NCBI GenBank assembly: GCA_964035545.1
Contig: OZ037767.1
Location: 1 to 64,000 of the forward strand
Direction: 5' to 3'
DNA: 64,000 nt
Source of the DNA: Bugula neritina
Lineage: Eukaryota > Animalia > Bryozoa
In this document: one piece after another, positions 12,201 to 24,130 of the stretch
How positions within the stretch are numbered: the stretch's first letter is position 1
Layout: each line of letters starts with the position of its first letter
Notes under the pieces: generated by a model
Databases searched by the model: none
What the model saw: only the letters and a program-made list of their open reading frames with translations
Told to the model about the DNA's origin: nothing
Made by a program: the position numbers and the translations under genes

Positions 12201-14720
12201 ATGATTTAACAATATTCAAGTTTGATGTATTTTTAATATCTGTTTAAATTATTGAGAACTACAAGTGTTTAGAAATATGAGATTGCTTTAAGTAAAAAAT
12301 TACCTAATCCTGAATATCATGCTATTTAAAATTATTCTAGTTTAGTGTTATCTTATCAGGCACATATTATAGTAAACTTAATGCTATACATGCAGATTGT
12401 CTAGTAATTCATGACTGTGACCTGCCACAACTCATTTCAAACAACTATATAGTTGAATGTTTACCCACAACCAGTAGTCAGAGTTGGGACTAAGCAAGTG
12501 CATGCACAGCCCTGTCCTCTTTCTTTAGGTCCCTAACTTCATGCTAATATCTAGTTGCATTCAATAGCAGAAATTAGTGATTTAATGGTGAATGGTTGGA
12601 AGGATGATGAAGCTCCATAAAAATTTCAAAAGTCAAATTCCAAGTTGCAACACTCATTTTCATTATTCACCTGAATAGCTTCTAGAATAAGCAGTTTCTT
12701 GAGCTCACCTGCATGTTCAATTTCTTTATGTCTTTTTGGGTCATTAAATTGTGTTTGTTTTCTTGATGGTTAATTTGGCATAGTGAATTCTTTTCCTGTT
12801 TTTTTGCCCTAAACATGATTGCATGATAATGCTGCTTAAAGAAGACAAATTGTTAAAAGTATTTGATTGCTACATCTTTGTTTTCCCTTCATTAGGCTAT
12901 ATGTTGTGAAACATGAGGTCCTGTTGGAATCTTAGGCACTAAAATTAGTATTGCTCTTTTTGCTGCATACAGATTGCACTGAATTGCTAACACCATTGGA
13001 AGTGAGTCATGAGATGTAGCGCATGCCCCAATAATCACGTGATCAGTTACAGACGACTGAGCAATGATTGGTTACGGATGACTGAGCACGTCTGCTGTAC
13101 TGTCATTATAGTAAGTTGCTCTTCATAGTGAATGGTCGTGCAACTGAAATTGTTTGGTCATCTTACCAAGGTAAACCTTTGTTTAGCATGTCATTTAATA
13201 ACTTTTTATCAACGTTATCTTTTAGTTTACTGATTGTTGATCTGTATTTATTCATAGGCTTGGATTTCACATTGATTATTTTATTTAATTGATAGGCTGC
13301 TACCCATTTCTAGTCAATTTGATACTGCAGTCATTTGAGTAAATGCAACTGCAAGGCTTATAATTATAGTTATAATAAATTTCAATTTAGCTTTGCTTCA
13401 AATTGGCTTGGCTTTGGCGTAACTTCTACCCTGTTCTACTCTGGTCTGTTGAACTGAACTACAAAATCAATACTAAGAATAATAATATAATTGAAATCTA
13501 ATATTTTAATTTCTTTTTCTCGCTATAATAACGTTCAACTTATGCTGAATGATATATTTTGTTTGACTTTATTTCAGTTACATACTCATCATGGTCATAA
13601 TCATGGTTCGAAATTGAAAAGTTTAAGTGGAATAAATTCAGTTTAAAATGCTGTAACTATAAAAAACAAGTTATATTTCTTGTTCAAAGAAGTTTCTTTC
13701 CTGGTTCTGTAGACTATGTTGATTTTATCATGATACAATTTTCAATACTCTAGATTTTAGGACCCATGAGATGTCTCATATATATCTGTCATCATTTATT
13801 CAACAATTTTAATTTATCAAATGTGTTTTGTTTTTTAGAATCACTCCGAGCAGCTCAGATATTCACACATTAGAGAACATATGGTTTTCACCAGGAAGAT
13901 AGGACCTAGCCAACTGTGGTCAGTTCTGAGAGCCCCATCTTGGTTATAATTAGGTATTTATTATTTACGATAATTTTCTCTGTTTTCAATTTTACCAATT
14001 TTAAATGATGTTAGGCAAATCATTATTTTGTACTTCTTGTATTCTAATGTCCATAATTCATGTTTATCTATTTCTGTTTGAAGTAATTAAAATGTTATCT
14101 TTTATTCATAATTTTAGTCTTGTTAACTCCAAGTCCTGTGGAATTGTTGAAGTTAATCACTTGTACTCTTTAGACTAGAATCTCAGCTCGATCTGCAAAC
14201 ATTTACTATTAGCAAATTGAAATGAAATGTTTTATATATCATGGTATTTTAGAAAATTTTTTGTCTGTTTTGTAGTTGTGTTTAACCACATGCAGATAGA
14301 AGTCACCTTGCCATCAAGACCCGTTTTATATCCATATGCCGACATGTAGAAGTTGTCTTCTCTGTGTTTGATTCATCGAAACTTTTCATCCGTTCAGGTG
14401 TGTGTTTAAATGAATTGCTTATTGCAACAATACTAACTCTTCCTTTCATTAAGTTAAAGTTGTCTAACCTTCACTACCAACCCTTGGAATTAGTAAAACT
14501 TTCAGTGCTAGGCAGTTAGGTGAACTCAGTTGACCTATATCTGCTCCTATTAGCTATTAAATCCCCTGTTGATTAACACTGCCGTAACACATGGCTGCTT
14601 TTCTGTCGTTTTATTTTGTTTTAAAAGTTGTAGCTGTTAATTTCATTCAAAAATTGCCAAACATGTTTCTAATAAAAGTTAAAACAGCCTATTGTAAAAG
14701 CTCTTGTCAGCCTCAGCCCT

Positions 14721-15545
14721 GAGATGATCGATATGAGAGTGGCGATTTTAGGGGGTTGTCCACCATTATGCTACTTATTGGTAGGAGGTGTGCCTCATAT
14801 TATTATATAATTACAGTGGATTGTTGCGTGATAATTTCACTGAGTTTTTGGTCCTCTTTTGCATGTTTTCCCTAAAGATTTATGATAAAAATTATAATGA
14901 ATTCAACAATTTTTATTCCATTATCAACAGAAACTTGATTTAATTACAGTTTCACTGATGGACACGTTTTATTCTGTGCAGCTTTCTGGCACTGAACATG
15001 GTTTTAATTCATGAGCTTAATTTATAGTGTTTTATATGTTTTAACTCAATAAACAAGTTTAAGAACTTTTAAAAAAATCCAAAAACAAAAAAAAATATTT
15101 AAAGCACTCAATGAATTATTTAATGATTGTTTTTTATGGCTTAAAAGGTGTGAACTTAGTATTAGATAAAACTTTTTAAAATAGTTCAAATAATAATAAT
15201 TTTTAAGAATTTAATTCAAATAAATTTCCTCATCCTAAGAATCATGCTATTTAAAATTAAATTGAATAACTTTGGACTTTCTATTGTCAATATATTAAGC
15301 TACACATGCATAATTATTAGTGAGTGAGTTTTAAACTTGTTTTTAATTTTATATGCATAAAGAATGTGTTTAAAAACTATAGCAATAAATAAAATTAAAA
15401 ATGTACACATAAAATAGAAATATTAATGAAATAAAAAAAGTGACAAAATTTTCCCTTTTTAACTTATATAAACTCGCAGCGCAGAATTCTGCATAGTGAT
15501 GTCCCCATGATCCCCTAAAGTCGCCACTCTCATATAGATCACCTT
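14721..15545. mobile_element. Non-autonomous TIR DNA transposon (Mutator-like MITE)
   Basis: ~35-bp imperfect TIRs: GAGATGATCGATATGAGAGTGGCGATTTTAGGGG vs revcomp AAGGTGATCTATATGAGAGTGGCGACTTTAGGGG. ~10-11-bp TSD GCCTCAGCCCT / GCCTCACCCT. The paralogous site near 21110-21125 is empty. Confidence 0.75.
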
Positions 15546-18500
15546 TGCCTCACCCTAGCTTTGTATAAAGATATCATTTACATATCTTTGCAACTTTTTT
15601 TGCTTTAGATATGTCTGAAACCTTCCTGGCTCAAACCCAGTGTTGGTTTGTTTCTTTTACAGGTTACTGATTGCTGCTTCATAATATTCCTTCTGGATGG
15701 TTTGGTATTAGTTGGAGTTGTTTGATCTTTGCTTGACCTGAACTATTTTCAGACTGAGGTGAACTGCATACTACTCTATCTGCAGTGTGAGGTTAGCCGG
15801 TTATTACTTTCGCGTGTCCAAGTTTTCAGTTTCAGTCATGCAGCTGGATGTTGCATTTTTGAATTATTAGCAAATTAGGGCTAACTGTGGCATGTACAGC
15901 GTAATTTTGTCAAAGTCTCTCATAGTATGCATTATACAATATACTTATTTTCTATATTCTCTAAAACTGGTGTTTCATGCTTCAACTAAATTTTATCGAT
16001 TTAAAGCTACTTTTATTGTGAATTTCTGTCTTGATTCTTTGAATTGTTGGTTTGCGACGTAGGTTTTAGAGCTGTAAATTTATACTGTTTCACAAGACTC
16101 AATACATTACTAGATTTCCTATTTATATCACACATCTGTATTATATATGAGTAGAAAATTTTGATGTTGGTTCAATCATTTAACCAGTTAGAAACTTTAG
16201 ATATAATATATACTTCTACAGTGTTAGCATAGTGTTGAGTGTTTTCTGAATGCTTGGAATTTACTAGTAAATTTGTCAATTTGATAGAAAAAATTCTACA
16301 GGTGATGTTTCTATTGCTTCCTTTTTTCTAGTGTATTTTGAACAAGTTTATTTACTATTTTTTGTGTTACAGAATGGGCAGAGGAACAGCAACCTGTACT
16401 CTTTTTCTCTCTGTGTTATTCTTCCCATCCCTGTAAGCCTCATCTTTATCTGTCCGTGGTATGTTTTATTTTAAATCTTTATTTTCTAAAGTTAATTTAT
16501 CTCAAATTCCTGCTATTTAAAATCGATGTCCATAAAAGTTATTTCATCAGGCATACAGTGACAGTACACACATATTATAGTAAACTTAATGCTATACAGA
16601 ATGTCTAGTAATTTATGACCATGACCTCCCCAACACATTTCAAACAAGTAGTTGAATTTTTACCCGCAACCAGTAGTCAGTGTTGGGAGTAAGCAAGAGT
16701 TAGGACTAAGCAAGTTCATGCACAGCCCTGTCCTTTTTCTTTAGGTCCCTAACCTCATGCTAATATCTAGTTGCATACGATAAGAGAAATTAGTGATTTA
16801 ATGGTGAATGGTTAGAAGGATGATAAAGCTCCATAAAAATTCCAAAAGTCAAATCACAAGTTGCAACATTTATTTTCATCATTTATCTGAATTATAGCTT
16901 CTCGAACAAGCAGTTTTTCTAGCTCACCTGTTCAATTTCTGCCAATTTCTGCACTATCATTACTAAGTTGCCCTTCAAACTGACTGGTCCAGCAACTGAA
17001 ACTGTTTGGTCATCTTACCAAAGTAATCCTTTATTTACCACGTCATTTAATAATTTTGTACCGTCTTTAGTAAACTGTTTGTTAATCTGTATTCATTCGT
17101 AGGCTTAGAATTCAAATTGAATATTTTATTCAATTTATAAGCTGCCACTCGTTTTTTGTCAATTTGATTCTGCAGTCATTTGAGTAAATACAACTGCAAG
17201 GCATATAATGAATTGCAATTTAGCTTTGCTTCAAATTAGCTTAATTTCAACACAACTTCTACCCTGTTCTTCTCTGGTCTGTTGAACTGAACTACAAAAT
17301 CAATACTGTGAATAATAGTATACTTGAAATCAAATGTTTTTATTTTTTTCACTACAGCCTTACCAGTATAATAAAGTTTAACTGTTGCCCAATGGTTTAA
17401 TTCGTTTGACTTTATTTCAGTTACATACTCATCATGGTCATAATCATGGATCGAAATTCAAAAGTTAAAGTGGAATATTCAGTTTAGGCTGCTTCAACTA
17501 AAACAAGTTATGTTTCTGATTCAAAGAAGTTTCTCTCCTGGTTCTGTAGACTATGCTGATTTTATCATAATGAAAATTTATCACCATGTAAATCTCCAAT
17601 ACTCTAGATTTTACAGTCTGTAAGTTTTCCCATACATGTCTTGTTATCATTTATTCAACAATTTTAATTCCTCGAATGTGTTCATTTTTTAGAATGTCTC
17701 CAAGCAGCTCAGATATTCACACATTAGAGAACATATGGTCTTCACCAGGAAGATAGGACCTAGCCAACTGTGGTCAGTTCTGAGAGCCCCATCTTGGTTA
17801 TAATTAGGTATTTATTATTTATGATAATTAGCTCTGTGTTTTTGATTTTACCAATTTAACAGGATATTAGGAATTAATTATCTTGTACTTTCTGTATTCT
17901 TTTTTATAACTGATGTCCATAATTTATGTTTATTTATTTCATCTTTAATAGTGAAAAAGTTATGTTTTATTTATTATTTTAGTCTTGTTAACTCGACATG
18001 TTGTGACTAGTATCCCAGCTCTGCAAACATTTACTGTTAGCTAATTAAAATGAAATGTTTTATATATTAAGGTAGTTTAGAATATTTCTTGTCTGTTTTG
18101 TAGTTGTGTTTAACCACATGCAGATAGAAGCTATACCTTGATATCAAGACCAGTTTTATATCCATGAGATGCTCACAAGCCAACACGTAGAAGTTGTCTT
18201 CTCTCTGTGTTTCATTCATCAAAACTTTTCATCAGTTCAGGTTTGCGTCTAAATGAATTGCTTACTGCAACAATATTTACTCTTCCTTTCATTAAGTTTG
18301 TGTTGTCTAACCTTCACTACCAACACTTGGAATTAGTAAAACTTCCAGTGCTAGGCAGTTAGGTGAACTCAGTTGACCTATATCTGCTCCTATTAGCTAT
18401 GAAATCCACTGTTGATTAACACTGCCGTAACACATGGCTGCTTTTCTCTCATGTTATTTTGTTTTAAAAGTTATAGCTGTTTATTTTATTTAAAAATTGT

Positions 18501-18563
18501 CAAACATGTTTCTAATAAAAGTTAAAACAGCCTATTGTAAAAGCTCTTGTCAACCTCACCCCA

Positions 18564-18966
18564 GAGATGATCGATATGAGAGCGGCGATTGTATAGGGCG
18601 TTGTCAACCATTATGCTACTTATTGGTAGGAGGTGTGGCTCATATTACTATATGTTTACAGAGGGTAGTTGCGGATGATTTCACCCAGTTTTTGGCCCTT
18701 TGTTACATGTTTTCCCTAAAGATTTATAATAAAAATTATAAATGAATTGTTTAATTGAACAAATTTTATTTGATTATCAACATAAACTTGATTTAATTAC
18801 AGTTTCAATGATGAACACTTTTTATTCTGTGCATCTCGCTGGCACTGAACATGGTTGTAATTCATGAGCTTAATTTATAGTGTTTTATATGTTTTAGCTC
18901 AATGAACAAGTTTAAGAACTTTTAAAAAATTTCCAAAAGCAAAAACAAATATTTAAAGCCCTCAAT
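18564..18966. mobile_element. Truncated copy of the same MITE, duplicated with its host segment
   Basis: Same left TIR at the same flank (ACCTCACCCCA|GAGATGATCG). Right half lost at a duplication junction. Confidence 0.7.
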
Positions 18967-21795
18967 GGAGTAAATGCAGCTGCAAGGCTTATATAATGAA
19001 TTTCAATTTAGCTTGGCTTTAAATTGGCTTGATTTCAACATAACTTCTACCCTGTTCTTCTCTGGTTTGTTGAATCTATACTAAGAATAACAATCTTAGT
19101 ATAATACTACAAATAGTGAGCTATACATTTTAGCACCCTAGCTGTTACTGCTTTTAGTTTGATGTAAGGTTTTCTAGCTAATAGTTGATGCAGTGAGTCA
19201 GTGCTCATTTCTTTAGTTTATTGAAAATTTATCCTTTGGGATAATTTCTTGTCTAAGCATAATATTGGTGCTGCTGTACCACTAATTATATAATATGCCA
19301 AGCCATTTTTGCTGGTATCATATTTTATTTTTATTTCAGTGTTTACAGTTTTTTTTCCATTTTCATTCTATAAATTTTTCCTTTTACAATAGACCTGTCT
19401 TTAGCTTGATTCTATCTGCTTGCCTTAATTTATTGTTATCCACACTGAAGGGATGGTTAATTTATATATTAATATAATGCCATTTTAATATTTACGGTAT
19501 TTTGTTGTGATATATGATCATTAGACATAATTTTTGTGATTCTATATCAAGCCCTCTGCAGGAGTATTAAACTTCGCACAAATATTTACATGCACTAACA
19601 TTTTACAATGACCTTTCTGTAATAGTGCGGCTGTTGCTTTGCTCACCACGTGTACAAGCTTATGATTTTAATTCATTGATTTGCTACTCTGTACTGTATG
19701 GCTCATAATTGAAATCAAATTTTCTTTTCAAAATAGCCATAACTGTGCAATAAATTCTAACTCCTACCCAATAATTCAATTTGTTTGACTTTATTTCAGT
19801 TACATACTCATATTATAGTCATAATCATTCCTTGAAATTAAAAGCTAGAATATTTTCAGTTTACGTTGTTTCAACTGAAAAAGTTTCTGATTCAAAGAAG
19901 TTTCTTTCCTGGTTCTGTAGACTAAGTTGATTTTATCATAATGAAAATTTATCACCATGTAAATCTCTAATACTCTAGATTTTACAGTCTATAATTTGTC
20001 TCATACATGTCTGTCATCATTTATTCAACAACTTCAATTTCTCAAATGTGTTTTGTTTTTTAGAATGTCTCCGAGCAGCTGAGATATTCACACATTAGAG
20101 AACATTTGGTCTACACCAGGAAGATAGGACCTAGCCAGCTGTGGTCAGTTCTGAGAGCCCCATTTTGGTTATAATTAAGTATTTATTATTTACAATAATT
20201 TTCTCTGTGGTTTCAATTTTACTAGTTTTACACGATGTATTGGAAGAATTATCTTGTGCTTCTTGTATTCTTCTTGATAACTGATGTCCATAATTCATGT
20301 ATATCTATTTCTGTTTGAAGTGGTAGTAAAAATGTTATGGTTTATTTATTATTTTAGTCTTGTTAATTCCAAGTCTTGTGAATTTGTTCAAGTTAATCAC
20401 TTGTAGTCAGTAGACTAGTATCTCAGCTCTGCAAACATTTACTGTATTAGCAAATTAAAATAAAATGTTTTATATATTAAGGTAGTTTAGAATATTTATT
20501 GTCTGTTTTGTAGTTGTGTTTAACCACATGCAGATAAAAGTTCCCTTGCTATCAAGACTGGTTTTAAATCCATGAGATGCCATGTAGAAGTTGTCTTCTC
20601 TCTGTGTTTGATTCAACGAAACTTTTCAACGATTCAGGTTTGTGTCTAAATGAATTGTTTATTGTAACAATATTTGCTCTTTCCCTGTGTTATGTGCTAT
20701 TAGGTTTTAGCATTCATAAAGCTACTACCAGGGGATAGCTACTCTCATAAATGATTTCGGATAAGCATAACAAGCGTTACTACTCAAACACTGAAGCATG
20801 TGCTTTTGATAAAAGTTGCAATAATATAATTGTGTAAGGTGTAGAATATATAACTTTGTAAAGTTGTGCACATTGAACTGTACTATAGAGTGATGATTAA
20901 AATGAAACTGTACTGTTCGGCACATAAAATACTGATACTATATGTCCTGTTAGCTATGAAGTCCACTGTTGATTAATTCTACCGTAACGCTTGGCTGTTT
21001 TTCTGTCGTTATATTTAGCTTTAAAAGTTTTAGCTGTTTATTTCATTCAAGAATTGCCATATGCATTTCTAATGAAAGTTAAAACAGCCTATTGTAATAG
21101 CTCTTGCCAACCTTACCCCAGCTCCATACAAAACTTGACTGAAGAGATGAAAAAAATCAGCACATGATTGGGATTTTATTTTAGGATTTTACTTTCATGT
21201 TAATACAATGATTGCATTCATTGAAAACCATCAATAAGTAATTCATTTGATTTTGGAGCTTGTAAATACTACCAAACCTCATTCCATCTAAATGAGCACT
21301 CTTCAATCATATTTGTTGTTCTGTCAATTTAATGCTGAATGTGTGAAAACCTCTTATTAAAAAATATAAGTTTACATAGTGCTATGCTTGCTTGTGGTAA
21401 GAAAACGAAGTCAGGCTTTCATTTTTGATTTTTGGTTATGGCTCTTTCAACAAATCATTTTTTTAAATTAATCAAGTATGACACTCTTCTGTACACCTAT
21501 ATACATCAATAAAAAATGTGAATTCCCCCCCCCCCCCCTGTTGTTCTCCATTTTTACTTTTGTTGCTTTCTTCAATAATGTTTTATAAAATAAGTTATAT
21601 TTAGTATTTTATTTCATTGTTTTTCATGATATGCAACACCACATAATTATAGACTGCTTTCTTCTTGCAGTAACTGCTGTGATGGTCACATGGTCATCTA
21701 CTAGACAACCAACCAATTGGGTATAAAGTTGGACAAAGTCATTCTAGATTATTCTTCACATGTGTCAGCTGGATGAGCTATATGGAGGTAATTCC

Positions 21796-22073
21796 TGTTG
21801 TTTTCAAAATATAGAGATATTTATTGTAGCAGTCTAAAAGAAAGTAGCGATGTAAAAGCCTTTACATCATAAGTTGTAAGCGTAGTTGCAAGACGCAAGC
21901 TTAAAGATAGATGAAAATACTGGGTTGTTATACCAGTCAAAGAAGTCAGCTATTGTTTAGTAGCTGTAATGAGTGTCGGAAAATTGTAATATAGCTTGCA
22001 TAGCTGTAATAATACATGAAAAAGCTATAATGCATTAGGGAAAAGCTTTCCCAACTTATGTAAAGTCCCAACA
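21796..22073 (-). mobile_element. Solo LTR (278 bp)
   Basis: TGTTG...CAACA termini, perfect 5-bp TSD ATTCC, absent from the paralogous site at ~11510-11520. Strand inferred from the related copy at 22886. Confidence 0.8.
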
Positions 22074-22885
22074 ATTCCTATTAAGTATAACATGAATCCT
22101 TGATTAAACTACTTCTAGAATTAATCGGAAATTTTTAATTAATCACAATTTTACCAGTAAACAGTTTCAAACTTTTCATCGAGTTATATTTTCAAGAATT
22201 ACAAATAAAATTTTACTAAAGTTGAACTGATATACAATTTTGCTTCTCTATAAGTTGGTATGGCCTGGATGTTTTATGCGGTTTATCTTAACCTGATTAT
22301 ACATACCCTCGGTGGTTGATGTCTACTTTTATACCCTAATTATATTATTTTACCCCAATCAGCTGAATATTCCAATTTTAAATTACTAGCGAATGGGTTT
22401 TATCAGTAGCAGCCAAATTCTGCCAAAGTCTCACATTTAAACTATATGCCTCTGGTACTATGCATTATATACAATGTTCTTATTCTCTATAGTCTCTAAA
22501 ACTGGTTATTGATGCTTCAACTAAATTTTGTTGTTTTTAAAGTCACTTTTATTGTGGATGTTTGTCTTGATAGTTGTTAGTGTGCCATGCAGGATTTAGA
22601 GCTGTAAATACTGCTTCACTTTTCATATAATGTATATTGTTGTATCCTATATTATCATGATGCCAGTTATAAAAATTTTTCGCAGTTTGTCAAAAGGGGG
22701 AAATTAATAGTAAATATTCATGAAAGGGGGAGTATTAGGGAAAGGTTGGTAACTCCTGCGTTATATATTTCTACTGCACTATAAGGGAGAAAATATGTTG
22801 TTCACATTATCTATTCTGCATAACCTGTTCGCTGTTGACATTTGGGCATACGTGCTTTTACAGGTACACTGTAAGGCATAATAAT

Positions 22886-23153
22886 TGTTTGGGCATTACA
22901 TGAGCATGGAAAGCTTTTGTTGAATCATTACAGCTTTAATTGTATTAACATAGCTATGTTAGCTACATTAGGCTATGTTAGCTACATTATGCTATGTTAG
23001 CTACATTATGTTTTCCTCTGTTGTGTTATTTACTTGTGTGCAGCTATTTTGGCTATTTCAGAAAAAAGCTATTTTCTAGACTGATATAAACCCTGCACTT
23101 TCAGCTCTCTCTTCATTCAGTCTTTGGAAACGCACATCTCTCTTCAAGCAACA
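22886..23153 (+). mobile_element. Diverged LTR of the same family, opposite orientation
   Basis: Aligns by eye to the revcomp of 21796-22073 (tgtttgggcattacatgagcatggaaagcttt vs tgttgggactttacataagttgggaaagcttt). TATAAA at ~23085, ends CAACA, TSD not intact. Confidence 0.55.
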
Positions 23154-23182
23154 GGAATTATCTTGAGAGTTGGTTGTTTAAG

Positions 23183-24130
23183 AAATGCTCATCTTTCATC
23201 TAAAGGTTTTACAGCACCAAAAGGTTACAGTACTGGCACGACTATATGTGGGATAATATATAAGGTAAGTTTCATTTTTCATTTTTTGATGCACATAATT
23301 TAGTTGTTGAAAAATAGTTAATAAATTCAGTTTGAGACAAAGTTGTTTGTGGATTAGGTGTTATTTATGTTCAACAATTGTTATGGCCATAATAAAAATA
23401 GGAAATGTTAGTTGCGAAGTATTGAGTTTACACAACTTATATTTCTTAATTGTGTTCTAGGATGGAGTTATCCTGGGCATGGATACCAGGGCTACAGAAG
23501 ATACTGTTGATAAGCTGTCTTTAGTCTCTACTTCTTCGAGTGGACCCTACAGGCCCCAAACTCTCCACCATATGCCCTCATGGATCCTCTGACGTCGCAC
23601 GTTGCAGCATCGTGGGTTCCTGCTCCCTGATTGCTATGGCTGTCTTTGAGAACTGATAGAAACTGAACATGTAGGTACCCGAAATTTGATATGTAGCATG
23701 TAGAAATCATTCTAGTAACTTTGTTTTGCTGTTCACTTCTCTTTGTTATATTTCTTGTTCTCCAGTTTACTGTCCTCTCTAAAGTCTTGAAACTTTTGTA
23801 GTTTGAGCCAGGGAAGAAGCTGCTGTCGGAATATTTCATAACCTCTGCTGCGTTACACAAAGAATTACATCAGTAAAAACAAACCCAACAGGAGAGGTTA
23901 GTGCAGTGAATACCAACCTTTTCCATTCTGTTCCCCTTTCTTAATGCACTTCTCTGTTCCCTTTACATGTCTAGGCAATTTTTTTTTCCTTTTTTATATT
24001 ATATATATGTATGAACATTAGGACTAGGACCAAGTCTAAGACTGATTTTTTTCTTTGCAGTTGAGAAGACAGGTTCCAAAAAAGGAACACATCACTGTCA
24101 AAGCCACCAGATTCTATTGTTGCACTTGTT
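23183..24130 (+). pseudogene. PSMB7: Proteasome subunit beta-2 (PSMB7) unprocessed pseudogene
   Basis: Exons 23183-23264, 23461-23674, 23802-23896, 24061-~24130. They read NAHLSSKGFTAPKGYSTGTTICGIIYK|DGVILGMDTRATEDTVDK, then a deletion/frameshift, then VDPTGPKLSTICPHGSSDVARCSIVGSCSLIAMAVFEN**. This matches PSMB7 motifs TGTTI, DTRAT, GPxLxxIxPHGS and GSxSLxAMAVFE. Confidence 0.88.

Larger units (their letters stand above)
11392..21787 (+). pseudogene. Decayed multi-exon gene or spliced lncRNA, duplicated 2-3 times (weak WD40-like remnants)
   Basis: AG/GT-bounded blocks 11392-11508, 12002-12060, 13839-13953, 14276-14397 and their copies, plus a block from 15663. The blocks at 11392 and 13839 have stops in all three frames. 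Remnant peptides DYSWHVSAVRAIW, ENIWFSPGR*DLA(N/S)CG and VTDCCF only loosely resemble WD40 repeats. Confidence 0.4.
11145..22615 (+). repeat. Subtelomeric tandem segmental duplications carrying spliced exon-like blocks
   Basis: Aligned by eye: 11145-11700 ~ 21435-22258; 11697-15120 ~ 16086-18966; 13555-14720 ~ 17400-18563 ~ 19780-21120; 15900-16080 ~ 22410-22615. Confidence 0.9.

Noticed and set aside
9316-12209. Short I/F/L/Y-rich ORFs in the subtelomere
   Set aside because: Compositional artefacts of AT-rich DNA with no domain similarity.
12468-12557. Pre-miRNA-like imperfect hairpin (also 14509-14550)
   Set aside because: Many bulges, no recognisable miRNA; the 3' arm at ~12520-12530 also looks like a splice acceptor. 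Cannot be supported without folding and small-RNA data.
12604-12674. Possible C/D box snoRNA (ATGATGA...CTGA)
   Set aside because: The C box is mutated (ATGATAA) in the paralog at ~16820, and I saw no convincing terminal stem or rRNA guide.
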